From assembly GCA_973851085.1 (NCBI GenBank), contig OZ316776.1, forward strand, positions 6,634,001 to 6,698,000: 64,000 bases of DNA, given 5' to 3'. Below, one piece after another: positions 13,656 to 25,949 of the stretch. Numbering within the stretch: the first letter of the stretch is position 1; each line of letters starts with the position of its first letter. A model generated the notes under the pieces. It did no database searches. It had not been told where the DNA came from and saw nothing but the letters and a program-made list of their open reading frames with translations. The translations under genes were made by a program, and so were the position numbers. The stretch comes from Ptychomitrium polyphyllum (taxonomy: Eukaryota).

Positions 13656-15092
13656 CAAACCACCACTAAATGAGTTATATCAAGTCTACAAAAAGACTGA
13701 CTAAGAATCATCCAAACCCTAACCTGCTTCAAAATGTGAGTGACCTTGGCAAGATGATTCAACAATGAGAAAGTTAATGTGGTCCAACCTCCTCAAATTT
13801 TCATTACTTATGAAAGTGACATCTTGAGGAAATTGACCAAAACAACTTTGAATGGCAAGAAAGATTAATTGCTCAAGATATTGAGCCAACAACCTTTAGA
13901 GGTAATGTTGAGCAGCTCGCTTGGTTACAAGTCTAGTATCTACATGAATGTATCCTCTAACCTTGATCCCAACTTCCAAAATTGCTGCCAAACTAGTACC
14001 AATGTTGGCAAATAACTCTACAAAGGTAATTTCCTATGCTGGTGGATGCCAATAAATAAGGTGAGCAAAGGCAGATTAGAATGAAATAGTTAGTACTTCC
14101 AAAGATTTCACAGAATCTACTATATCTTAGCATTGCCGAAATAGCTCTGCATGCGTACTTTATAATAGAAATGGATTCTTGCAATGACATGAAAGCACCT
14201 TTGATGGTAGTGGACACCATTGATCTATAAAACTGGCCATAAATGCCAATATTTCCTCCAACAAAATAGATTTTCAAAGAAAAAATATGGTATGAATGCG
14301 CTACATTCATAGAAACTCTTTATTGATATAATTATGGAAGCCGTTGCCAATGCCATAGGAATGAATTTTTTCTTTCCATTTCCTACAACCCAATTTGATT
14401 TAATCCATGCTTCTTTGGTCTAGTTGTTGAGATCAAAATTGAGAGGACAAATTACTTGTTGACCAATTAAAATATCATAGTTGGTAGCACTAGTCACTGC
14501 ACATTGTAGAAGTAAGAGTAAGTAAAGAGATTCAGAACCAATGCAAAAAATCAATTGCAATAATTGCCGTGTATAACCTGCAGCTTGTTGTGTACTTCCA
14601 ACTAATACAAACTGATACAATACAAGTGGCATTGTTATCAGTGTGGCCAACAACAAGTACATTGTTGTCATTAATTAATTTTACCACATTAGGTTGCACA
14701 TTTTGGCGCTTCCAAGTAGACCTTGCGGCAACATCAAATAAATAAGCCACTCCAATTACTAATGACACATCAAGTACAAGACTTAACCTAATTTACTTTG
14801 AAGCACTTTTTTCAAGGACAAAAATGGCTTCAGTTGCAAGCTTAGCTTGTAACTAGTTGAGTCATCATTTGTGGATACCTGACTGACTGTTTGAGCCACA
14901 TCAAAAGATGGCATTGCCATTTTGCCCTCCAAAAGCCTGCTTGCTAGTTGAAAGACGTTGGCCGGCTTAAAATTTGATGTAATTATCTCAACATTGGAGT
15001 GTATAGGAATTTGCAATACTTTGTAAGCCAAAGTATGTGCAAATCTTCCTCCTTGTTCCTCCTTGTTCCTCCTTCATGAGTTGGAGTAAGAA

Positions 15093-16699
15093 TGTGAGGT
15101 CAAGCTACAAATCCAACATCTGCAAGTCCAAATGACAATGGCAGCCAAACTTGGCCTATTTTCTTTAACACACTAATATGGCCAACACACTGTCGTGGTG
15201 AGAGTGGTAGCTATAGGAAATATAAGGTCTTTTTTAGCATCTATTTTATCAAGGTCAAAATGCATGAAGAATTTCTATTTCTAACATCTAATGAAGCAAA
15301 TACCCTACCCCAAATTTTTCCTCTATGCTGCCTTTGAAAATCCTAAATGCTAAATATGTCATAACTTTTAGCAAATTAATCCAAAGCATCTAAAAAGTTA
15401 ACAAAATCTTCTTGAAACATTCAATATGCTATATATAAATTCTGGTTGCTAAATCCTTTAGTACCTTCTAAGATCCATAACTTTAAAGTTTACATTCTTC
15501 ATTGCTACAACTTCTATATCCCTATCACTTTACCACTTCATAATTCTTTTCTTATTGCAAACTCAAACTTCAAACTTTTTGTATATAATGTATGTCTTAT
15601 AATAAACACCTTGTCAAAAGATCAATCTTAGAAATTCCTTCAATCATCTACAATGACCCAAATTGTGCAACTCCAAACTCTACTGTACATTGCCCTCTAA
15701 CTCCAAGTTGCATTTTTCTTTGTATCTTTTGCTCAAGAAGTTCAATGCTCACCAACTTTTGATATAATCTTTTTAAAGTAATTTAAATTTTTCTCTTAAA
15801 ATTTCACTTACAAAAAATGTTTCTACAAGAAGTTATTAACATTCAAATAGTTGCCTTCAGAAACTCAAGGCAGCTAATTTAACTTTACTCAAATTAAAGT
15901 CACGACCACATACTAACTGTAAATGGAGCATGTGATGGCTTTTTGAAAAGCTTACAAAGAAAAAAAAAAATCCAACAAAAATCAACTCAAACTAAGGAGT
16001 ATACTATGATATTTCACCCAAAGAAGGGCTACCTTCTTATTCTAGTGAGAGAAGCCGAGAGAAAATAAGAAGGCGGTGATCAAACCGCCACATCCACCCC
16101 TTATCACTCCACATCAACCTCTAATCTCCTTTATCAAACCCTTATCTAATCATATCTTCAAATAAAAAACAACCTAAATCCTTTTCTTTTGTTTTTCTTT
16201 CTTTTCTTTCTTTTGGTTGAAACTTCTAAATTCCAACTACAAAGAAGATAAAATTAACCCTCATAAATCTAAAATAGAAACTAAAAAAACTAAAATAAAT
16301 GAAAGAAAGTAGGAAAAAGATTAAAATTCAACAATAAACAAGTTAAGAATAAAACCATTGTCAAGATAGGATCAGACACCAAGTCATGAACTTGGTTGAC
16401 TAAATAACTTCTAGCTGCTAAACTGGTCTTAGTTCAATTCTTGTCGGATTCGTTGAATAGAACGGTAGTACTTAACTTGATATTACTAGTAAAAATGGCA
16501 GGCAGGAAAAACTACAGCCAACTGATATAATCATCTTGAGCTAAGCCAAGATACAATTCCACCTTTAAGCCAAATAAAAATTGTGATTTCTCCACAATCT
16601 TTTTTTAATCTAATTATTTTTTTTCCTAATATTCTTTTTCAAATATACCAAATAACAAATACTACTCAAGTTTTAAACTATACAATTAAATACATCACA
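15093..16699. mobile_element. Probable solo LTR (~1.6 kb) inserted between gag and protease; left arm of a long inverted repeat
   Basis: TGTGA...TCACA termini, 4-bp flanking duplication AGAA (15089-15092 and 16700-16703). Homologous in reverse orientation to 18384-~20113. Confidence 0.65.
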
Positions 16700-16739
16700 A
16701 GAATACAACTTCTCTTGTGACTCACATATTGTAGCAACT

Positions 16740-17900
16740 GCTACTATTATCTCCCCTGATGCACCAAACATATAAATATCTGAAGTAGGATTGTTTATTA
16801 CAACACTTGAAATCAAACGAGACACTATAACTTAGCCTAACGTAATTGCAGTCTTGAATTTCTTCTCAAAATCTGCAATCTTGGCTTCTAATGTTTTTTC
16901 TTTCTTTGACGCAAGTGCTTTTTTAGATTTAAAATGAAAAAATAATCTTTATTGTGGTGGAGCCTACCACAATGATTACACTTTGATTGGTCTCATTTTG
17001 TTGTTTCCTTTGTTTAGGCCACCCCTACTTTTTTCTTAAACTTGTCATTTAGTTGACCTTACCTCTTATTAGGACAATTGAGATCATTTTTAATATGGCT
17101 TGCTTCACCACACTTCCTATAATACAAATTTTTCTCAAGCTATATGTCAACCAACCTACTTGTGGTTGTAGAAGCCCTCTTTGACTTAGTAATATTTGTC
17201 ATCCATGAAACCATGTCAACAGCAGCATGTTGGCAGAGAGTTCCATCACACTTTTCAACTTTGGCAAATGCTTAGGCAAGCGTTGCCTTTCCATCATAGT
17301 TGTGAATGATCTTGGCGTAGCTAAATTCAAAAGCCGTTTATTAATCTTGGACAAAAAAATCTTAACAAGTTGGCTCTGAGTAAAAATACCTTCAGATTCC
17401 ATTACAAATTGTATAAAACAAGCATACATGATTTGTGGGATATTTTACTTATCATAACAAAAATCTTAAATGCATTTGTATTTGATTACGCCTCAAACTT
17501 CCATATTCAACTTTAAATGAGCAATGAATAAATGCAATGAATCAAATGCTGGAGGCTCTCTAACAGCAGACAAAGCCACCCATGTAGCTTGCGCCATTTG
17601 TGACAAGGTAAATGGGTCACTGCCTCTAGCAGAAGGTTCCACAACTAAAGCTTTTTTTTTTATATCTTCAACCATTGTAAGAGCCAAACTGGTTATAGCA
17701 TCTTCCTTAAGAGCAGAGATGAGTTCTACACAAAATGAAATGACTTCCAATAGCATTTTATCTTGCGCAACTTAGATACGTACTCCTCATTTCATCTTTC
17801 ATAAGCCTGGGGCACTTTGTACTCTAAAAACTTGTAGTAACAACTCATATGCATACCAATTATTGAAATTGGAAGGCCGTTGGTGTTTTTCTTTCATCCA
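16740..17900 (-). pseudogene. Degenerate retrotransposon gag with two Zn-knuckle-like motifs
   Basis: ORF pieces 17493-17756 and 17199-17429; YRKCGEASHIKNDLNCP (~17072-17125) and KCNHCGRLHHNKDY (~16942-16985). Confidence 0.65.
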
Positions 17901-18383
17901 CATCCAAAATCTCAATTTCCAATCTGCTAATGAAATGCCCTTAGTCTGCCCAAAAACCGATCTACCACCATATTATGAGGATTGTCTTCCATCTCATTAA
18001 ACATGCCTACACCCAAGATCTAAAGCCTTTTTGTAGTATCTAACGCCAAAAGACACTAAAAAGCCTTATTGGTATCGACCTTTGGCTCAAAATCTTCAAT
18101 GTAGTTACCTTCCAAGTTGTTTAGTGAGGGAGATCAATAATATCAACTTCTTGTTTGCACCATAAAAGACACTACTTGGATACCTGCAATTATTAAAAGG
18201 CTTAAGGGCAACTTGAACCTACACCTATAATCACTACCAAACTTGCAATTCACAGATCATCACCACCTTTCAGTTACCACAATTCAAACAAGCACAGCTC
18301 ATTTGGTGCAAACAAAAAGATTTCACCAACCATCAGCCTAACCTCATCTTTACAGTACGTTTATAAGCACAAACTACATTGTC

Positions 18384-20113
18384 GTAATGTAATTAGCTAT
18401 ATGTTAAAACTTCACTAGTATTTGTTATTTTGTGGAATTTAAATTATTATGTTTGGAAGAAAGTATTAAGAAAAAAAAAAAAATTAGTTAAAAAAAGGTT
18501 GTGATGAAACCACAATTTTATTTATTTTAGACGTGGAACCGCATTTTGTCTTAGCTTAGGATGAATAAGCCGGTTGACTATAGTTTTTCCTGCCTGCCAT
18601 TCTTGCTAGCAGTACTAAGTTAAGTGCTACCGTTCTACTCAACAAATCTGACAAATAATCGAACTTAGACTAGTTTAGCAGCTGGAACTTATCCAATCAA
18701 CCAAATTCATGACTTAGTGTCTGATCCTACCTTGATGATGATATTATTCTTAATTTATTTCTTGTTGAATTTCAATATTTTTCCTACTTTCTTTCATTTA
18801 TTTTAGTTTTTAGTTCCTGTTTTAAATTTGTAAAGGTTGATTTAATTTTCTTTTGTGGTTGGAACCTAGAAGTTTCAATCAAAGGAAAGAAAAGAAAGAA
18901 AGCAAAAGTAAAGGATTTAGTTTGTTTTTTATTTGAAGATATGGTTAGATAAGGGTTTGATAAAGGAGATTAGAAGCTGATGTGGAGTGATAAGAGGTGG
19001 ATGTGCCAATTTGACCACCGCCCTCTTCTTCTCCCTCGGCTTCTCCCACTAAAATAAAAAGGCAGCTTTTCTTTAGATGATGAGATATATCATACTTCTT
19101 ATTTTGAATTGATTTTTATAAGATTTTCTTTCTTTGTTTGTACGCTTTTCAGAATGCCGTTACATGCTCCATTTGGAGTTGTTATGTGATTGTGGCACTA
19201 ATTTGAATAAAGTTGGTCCAATTGCCTTGAGTTTTGAGAGCAGCTGCTTTGAGTGCTTATAACCTCTTGTAGAAACAATTTTTGAAGATAAAATTTGAAA
19301 GGTAGTATTTTGACTACTTCAAAATGATGGTGAAAAACTTTGAGGGAAAAGGGCTTTTGTAGTAGGAGTTGTAAGAAAATATGTAACCAGATTTTAAAAG
19401 GCAGTATACAGTAGAGTTGGAGTTATATATTTTGGCTATAAAAGAAGATTGGAGTGGTTTTTAATGTTGATATTTTAACAGAATATTTATTGTAAGATAA
19501 GTTATATATGTACAAATTTTGGAATTTAAATTCATAGTAGAAAAGAAATTATAAGGTGGTAAAGTAAGGGAGGTGTGGTGAGAAGGATGAGAGCTTTGAT
19601 TTCATGGTTCTCAATGAATATAGCAATCATAATCATAAAACTTTTAGTGTAGTTTTCTAAATGCTTTTAAAACATAGTGCCAAAATATCAGGATCATTGG
19701 ACTTTGTAATTAGGAAATATGGACAAATTTGTAAATAGGATTTTGAAGGGAGTACATAGTTACAGTTTGGATTTGGATTGTGAACTTTACAAAGTATGTA
19801 AATTATAATAACAAGCTTCTGCACATAACTAACTTGAATTTAAATAATATCTTATCAAATTATTGAGGAATTAATAGCAACTAGAGGCTTGGTGTTTTTT
19901 CAAAGCAAGGCTCCTTCTCTACGACAACGTACAACACAAAATTAGGCAACACCAAAAACCTCTAACAACAATGCCCGCAATGAATGAAGGTATAAAGTAC
20001 AAAATCCAAAAATCCAAAATCCAAAATTTGGATCCTCTTCTTTAAATAACAAATTGCAAAATTCAAAAATAGGCCAAAGCTGCCGGCACTTGACTGTGGT
20101 AGATAGCCACACA
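18384..20113. mobile_element. Second copy of the same LTR-like family, inverted relative to 15093-16699
   Basis: 16088-16170 is the reverse complement of 18924-19005; 16498-16524 matches 18571-18597; 15668-15700 matches 19392-19427. Outer end tentative (possible TGTC duplication). Confidence 0.65.
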
Positions 20114-20543
20114 TGTCAAACCCTTCTAATATAAAAGAAAAAGAAAAAACAAAATTAAAGTACTACAAAGAATCCCTTAACATTTTAATGAGTTCTATAA
20201 ATAATATCACAATTCAAAAATCCTTGTATTATGCTCTAATAAACTTTCTAGAGATATAAACATTCAAAATATATAAAATAATCAAGAGAATTTGATCTAA
20301 AAAATTTATAAAAATAAGAAAAGAAATAAAGGAAAAACTTTGTAGGAATTCCAAAATGAAACCTTGTTCACAAACAAAAAATCCTCTCCAAAAGTGCGGG
20401 TCCCACTGATAATAGAAACACCACTTCCTCAAATGATTGTTGGTCACCAATTAGACACGGACAACCAACTGGTAGACGCCAACCGGATTTAAGCAAGCAA
20501 TAATCACTTGTCTTTACCAAATACAACTTATTGATAGCCCTAT

Positions 20544-20932
20544 TGTTATAAACAAAGTAACTACTAAACAAGGCTTCAGGATTCCAAGATGTGGAACAAG
20601 ATATGTCCAAGGTAAATTTTAGATAAAGAGCTATAACAAGGTACAAAGACAAGGCCAAAAGGCTTGAGTTAGACCATAAGAGATATATTGTTGAGATAGA
20701 AGATTCCTTCAACTTCGATTCCTATATATATTAGATTTACAAGCCTTGGAAGCTTCTTAGAAAGCTTCTACTACATTGTGTTGTACTCAAACAACCTTGA
20801 ATTGCTTTGTTGGAAGCTTGCTAAGTCAAGGTAACTTCTTTGGAAGCTTCCTAAGTTGAAATAACTTCCTTAGAAGCTTTCAAAACCTTCTAAAAACCTT
20901 TTTAAATGCTTCTAATATGTATATCCATGTCA
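20544..20932 (-). mobile_element. 3' LTR of a minus-strand Gypsy element, preceded by a polypurine tract
   Basis: TG...CA termini. Minus-strand AGAAGGAGAGGTGG abuts the LTR start at 20932. Homologous to solo LTR 35453-35942. Confidence 0.75.
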
Positions 20933-21499
20933 CCACCTCTCCTTCTAGCTTTACGGTCTCCAAAGAACATGTTGCAAGATGTGCCGGAGTCGGAAGAAGT
21001 CAGAAATTTGTTTCATAGTGTTTGCAACATATTCCAATTGCCTTTCATAATTCAAATGGTTCATGGGTCCTTATAACCATCAATAGTGTCCAACACCTTC
21101 TACTTGGAACCAAGCATGAACTTCCGTATCTTTGTTGTGAAAATGTCCTTCAAACACTACTTTCTAATATCCTTTGTAAGCTGGTTCCACTTTAAAGACA
21201 ATCACCAACAATCTGTTGCTAGGTATCTTTTAACGTCTCCTTCATCCAATCTGTTTTTCATCACAAGATTGTTGACAAGATCCATTTGATTGGAGTAATA
21301 CCACTGGCATGGTTTTTGCATCTTGATTGTCCATATCTAATATATCAAGCTATTTTCAAGGAATTATAATAAACTTTAAAATAAAAACGACTAATTTCTA
21401 AATCATGTTTGGAGCTTAAGAAACTTATAATTTAGGAGTTTCTTTTTATCCTAATTAAAAGCCAAAGCATTAAGAGCATTCAAAGTTACACAACCTTAC

Positions 21500-23107
21500 C
21501 GAGCCACTATTCCTTGTGCTGCTATTTTTGATTTGGATGGATGTTGTCAATGGAACTCACAAATTTTTAATGATGAATTGGCATGATTATTAGTTGGCTC
21601 CTTTGTATGTTTACTGATGTCATTTCCGCACTAATGAACCAAATATTCCATCTTTCTACATCTTATTTGTTTGTTAAGCACTTTTCCCACTTGAAATTCA
21701 TGATGATTGTCAATTTTGACTACAAGTGGTGGCAGCTATTTTTGTCCAAGGATACTTGATTCCTTATAAATTTCTAAAGGTGAAACGTGGAAGACGGGAT
21801 ATACCTTCATTGATGTTGATAGTTCCAAATAATATGCCATGTAATTGATTTGTTTTTTTATTACAAATAGTTCCAATCTGCAATAGTCCAACTTGTCATA
21901 TGGCCTATTTGTCCTTATTTTGCGTCAAAGGAACCACACCTTTTCACCAATTAAAGATGGCGATTATTCCTTCCTTATTGCATCTCTTGGCGTTTTGTAT
22001 TATTCTTGAATTTCTTCTAGTTGAGTCTTCATGGTTGTTTGAAGCTGTGACATCCTTGTCGCAAATTCCTTTGCTACTGGATTCTCAGATTGTGGAGGTT
22101 GTAACATATCCATCTTTGGATGATGTCCATAATTGGAGCAGAATGACGTTTGTTAGATGGAAGCGTGAGCGGTGTTGTTGTAGGCAAATTCAACCAATGG
22201 CAAGCAGGAAGTCCAATCATCTTATTGATAGTTGATAGTATCTTCAAGTATTGCTCCAAAATTTGGTTGATTTGCTCTGTTTGGCCATTGGTTTGACAAT
22301 GGAAGGCAGAAGAAAGTTTGATGTCCACCTTAAGGATTTCAAAGAGCAATTTCCAAAATCTTAATACAAACTGTGGTTCATGATCCAATATAATATTGTT
22401 AGGTAATCCATGGTAGCGGTAGACATTATCCATAGAAAGTTGCAATCTCTTCACTTGTAATTCTCTTCTTGTAAGGTACAAAATAAACCATCTTGATCAA
22501 CATGTCTACCACAACGAAGATGGTGTCAAAAAAATTTGACGATGGAAGATCTGTAATGAAATCCATTGAAACAAACAACTACAGTTGCCTTGGAATAGAT
22601 AGTGGTTGGAGAAGTTCGTATGGACGGTGTCGAGGGTTCTTCAACCGACAGTAAGTATCACACAATAATACAAACTCCTTAACGGCCTTCTATATTTGAG
22701 GCTACCAAAAGTCTTACAAGAAGAGTTCCAAGGTTTTGTTGAATTCAAAATGTCTAGCCACAAAAAAGTCATGATGTGTTTGAAGTACACAAAGGCAAAT
22801 TGGTTCTTCAAGAATATATAAACGTTCTTTAAAGTAGAGAAGGTTGTCTTTTAATTTGAACTTAGACACATCTTCAAGGAGATTGTTGGAACAACATTTA
22901 ATATCAAGAATAAGAGGTTCCTTGGTAGATGCCATATGAACTTGGTTAAAAAACAATGAATCCACCGGAGTTGAAATGGTGGTGATGCGTACACAAAATC
23001 ATTTGAGTTTCAACAAAGTTGTTTGTTGTTGATCGTATACTATCTCTTCTTCCTTTGGTCTAAGGTATGATCACTTTAATAAAGCATTTGATAACCCTTG
23101 TTGTTTT
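21500..23107 (-). mobile_element. Decayed chromovirus-type Gypsy pol fragment (RNase H end, integrase, GPY/F, chromodomain)
   Basis: HHDFFVARHFEFNKTLEL; SMDFITDLP...IFVVVD; YHGLPNNIILDHEPQF...SSAFHCQTNGQTEQINQILEQYL; MKVYPVFHVS; EYLVH*CGNDISKHTKEP. Confidence 0.8.
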
Positions 23108-23130
23108 CATTGAGTCTTTTTTTTTTCTTC

Positions 23131-23242
23131 TTTTCATTAGTTACATCATGGAGTCTTCTTTTCATTAGTTACATCATTGAGTCTTCTTTTCATTAGTTAC
23201 ATCATTGAGTCTTCTTTTCATTAGTTACATCATTGAGTCTTC
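23131..23242. repeat. 4 x 28-bp tandem repeat at the truncation point of the pol fragment
   Basis: Unit TTTTCATTAGTTACATCATTGAGTCTTC, four near-perfect copies. Confidence 0.9.
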
Positions 23243-25949
23243 TTTTTTTCTTTTTAATAACATTATTTGGCAATAGGAATTATGAAAATTGAAATGATAG
23301 CTTAATTGTTGAAATGAGTATATTTATAAGATTGAGTAAGTAGAAAAGGCCACATTATAAATTATTTCATAGGAGACGGACAGGCAAAAAAATTAGTCTA
23401 AGATATGGATATTTTAGGCAAAGAACAAGCCATTGGAGAAGATAAGAAAACATTTAAATAATTACAATGGAAAAAGGTTTTCTTGTGGACCAACTATTGG
23501 GTTACCATTCCAACAATATTCTGAAACAAGGTCAATAAGAAAAGACTTTCCCACAATAATTACTTCCTCATAGGAGACCAAGTCATTTTTCATTTATCTT
23601 CAAATTGTTTCTCCCCTACCAACTGGACAAGGTGTAAAGCCTTACACAAAAAAATTGAAAGTTTTGGCCTCGTTGAATGTCTCTTGTTCCGTGGGCAACG
23701 GGACAAACTGTGAAGCGGCCCTAAGTACTCTGTTGCCAACAGCGAATGGGCCTCACAGACTCACACTGTCTAACTTAATGAGCAGCAATCTCAAGAAAAA
23801 CACCTTAATGACAAAACAGGTGCCTGCCACTGCCTGGTGTCCTGAAAGAACAAGTATTACTCTTGACCTGGTATGTACTCTCTAAATTTTATGCAATCCA
23901 GACCCTTGGTGGATAAATCTTACTTGTAGTATAGCATGCTTGTAAGTTGTCACGCTTCACCTCCCCTCTTCTATACTGCATCTGACAAGTCAAACTGAGC
24001 TACAGACTGGAGAAGAGGCTCAGAAAAATATCAGCACAGCAGGACAAGCTTGCTGGGCAATGGGCATAGTTCATGATGATGGAGCTAGAACCTAAATCAT
24101 AAATAGCCGTCTTGCTTTAATAGAAGTATTTTAAGTAGACAGTGGTTCTTAATGAATGAAAGAATCGTGACCATCGTTCCAGAAAGAAAATTTAAGATCC
24201 TACTCCTTTCATGTTTGGGTAGAATTGGATAAGACTCAAATTTGCCTTCCATAATGTACACCTTCGATATAACTTTGTCCTTTCTAGAACCACACCTGAA
24301 TTGGATGTACCATATTGACAAATTCCATTGATATTCTAGCCACTTCATCATTCACTCAAAATGGACGGCAAAATGAACTTTATCCAACAAACCACGGAGG
24401 TGGAGGCGTGGTTCCCTAACAGCGGCAGAGGTGGAAGTTCCCGCCAATCATGGAATTCAATCATTCATAGAAGGAGCTACCACTGCTTGTAAATGCCTTG
24501 AGCTGAATCTGCAGGTGAAATGTTGACCCTGACTTTCCTCGTCAAAGCATGGGAGCATTCTCTGAGAGTTCTATATGGAGCAAGATGCTGTTGGCTACTT
24601 CTGCAGAAGCCACGATTCACAGTGGGGCTTCCGACCAATAAATCATGCACTCATTGCTTGAGGCACCGAGCAGATATTATGTTGATTGAGCTACATGCAA
24701 GAGTCAGAAGGAATCAAACTGGCTTGGATCCTTTGCTCATCATGTTAATTTTTTTAGGTTTTTGCAATAAGATTCGTATTGATTATTAGCACAGCTTTAT
24801 TTTGGTGTGTGTTTCTTCCCACTTGTCACTTGTTATTCTTCGCTGGATAGCAAGAGCTGCATAAATTTCAATACAGTCGATGATTCTATGTTTGACACTA
24901 AAGGGTGGTCGCACCAACAATTGGCAACCTCGCTGCCCATGTGCTTTGTATGAACAGTCTTACTGCTGGTTTGAGGAATATTCAATAGAAGTGAATCAGC
25001 TTCATACATGTTCATATATATTTATGTTTGTGTATGCGTGTCAACAGTTCGATCCTTGTTATGTAAGTGATGGCGTGAAAAGTTTGAGGAAACAATCTTT
25101 CTAGTAATTCAAATCCTGCGCAGGGTTGTTACCATTACTGTAAAAACTGTTACGTGTCTAAGTTGATCGGCCAAGAATTCTGCAACACTTAATGCAATTT
25201 TCAAAAGAACCACTTGCATAAGAAACCAAATTCCATTGAAATGCCCTCGAAGCTTTGAACAAAAGTGAAGGCCTGAATCCAGTGTAGCTCACACTTTTAC
25301 CAGCAGATATAAGTTTACATCACATCACTATTCCCACATTGGATCAAATTTGAACCACTTATGCTGTCCCCAGGTACTAAGAAACCTGGTGATCGCCTCT
25401 ACATATCATACCTTCAAATCAAAGCACACGCTCAAAAACCAGCACCAAAATTGACACCCCTCATCAAACCTAAGTACCCCACGATCTCAGAAAACACGCG
25501 TACCCTCAATGTGATTGGTCTAGCGGCATCTGGGTCTTATTACATCTACCAAATCCATTCATATTCTTAGATCTAATTTACAACAATATGTAATCAACTT
25601 CTGTGCCTAGGTCTTCATCCAATACCATTATAACACTGATGCTAAGTACAATATGGAGAAGATCTGTGCATATTCGGCTGGTTAATCAATCCTAATACTC
25701 TGTACATCCAGTACACTAACTCGGTACTAGCCATGCTCAATTAGCATGAGCTATGATGAATGGTATTGAGAGACTTTGAACACATTGACATGAGGATACC
25801 GAATAGCCCTTGAAATTTGCAAGTCTGGTTTTTGGCAGATGCGCCGAGCCGATTGATTCATTTGTCTAACCTTCTTTTCGAAAACCATTTATCTTGAGAA
25901 CATGTGTATGCTTCACTTGTTACCCACTGGAATGAGATAGTGGCTAATG

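Larger units (their letters stand above)
11790..14060 (-). pseudogene. C5-cytosine DNA methyltransferase domain inside the retrotransposon pol, split by a solo LTR
   Basis: N-half 13656-14060, one frame with stops: ITFVELFANIGTSLAAILEVG (I), YIHVD (II), PQDV, HINFLIVESSCQGHS (IV; CQG at 13743-13751), GLDDS*S. C-half 11790-12388: RYIFENV (VI; 12348-12356), FIDVVIL/GSYVHHACWF*INL (VIII), EPFAHESEHSIGF (IX), RHFYLGQTIDLNTM (X). Confidence 0.85.
9566..18200 (-). mobile_element. Decayed Ty3/Gypsy retrotransposon: gag - protease region - DNA methyltransferase - (RT/RH deleted) - integrase - PHD finger
   Basis: Collinear minus-strand remnants: gag with Zn knuckles (~16940-17140), protease-like ATNYDILIGQQV (~14450-14500), DNMT (11790-14060), integrase (10680-11400), PHD (9935-10580). 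Purine-rich tract then TGTTATACA at 9566 is a candidate 3' LTR start. Outer boundaries uncertain. Confidence 0.8.

Noticed and set aside
20940..21300. Second integrase C-terminal or chromodomain remnant next to the PPT
   Set aside because: Only a weak RTHEPF-like match that cannot be assigned. It does leave open whether the LTR at 20544 belongs to the pol fragment at 21500-23107.
23131..23242. 28-bp repeats (and the 49-bp and 16-bp arrays) as a CRISPR array
   Set aside because: Units are directly adjacent with no unique spacers, there are no cas genes, and the context is eukaryotic.
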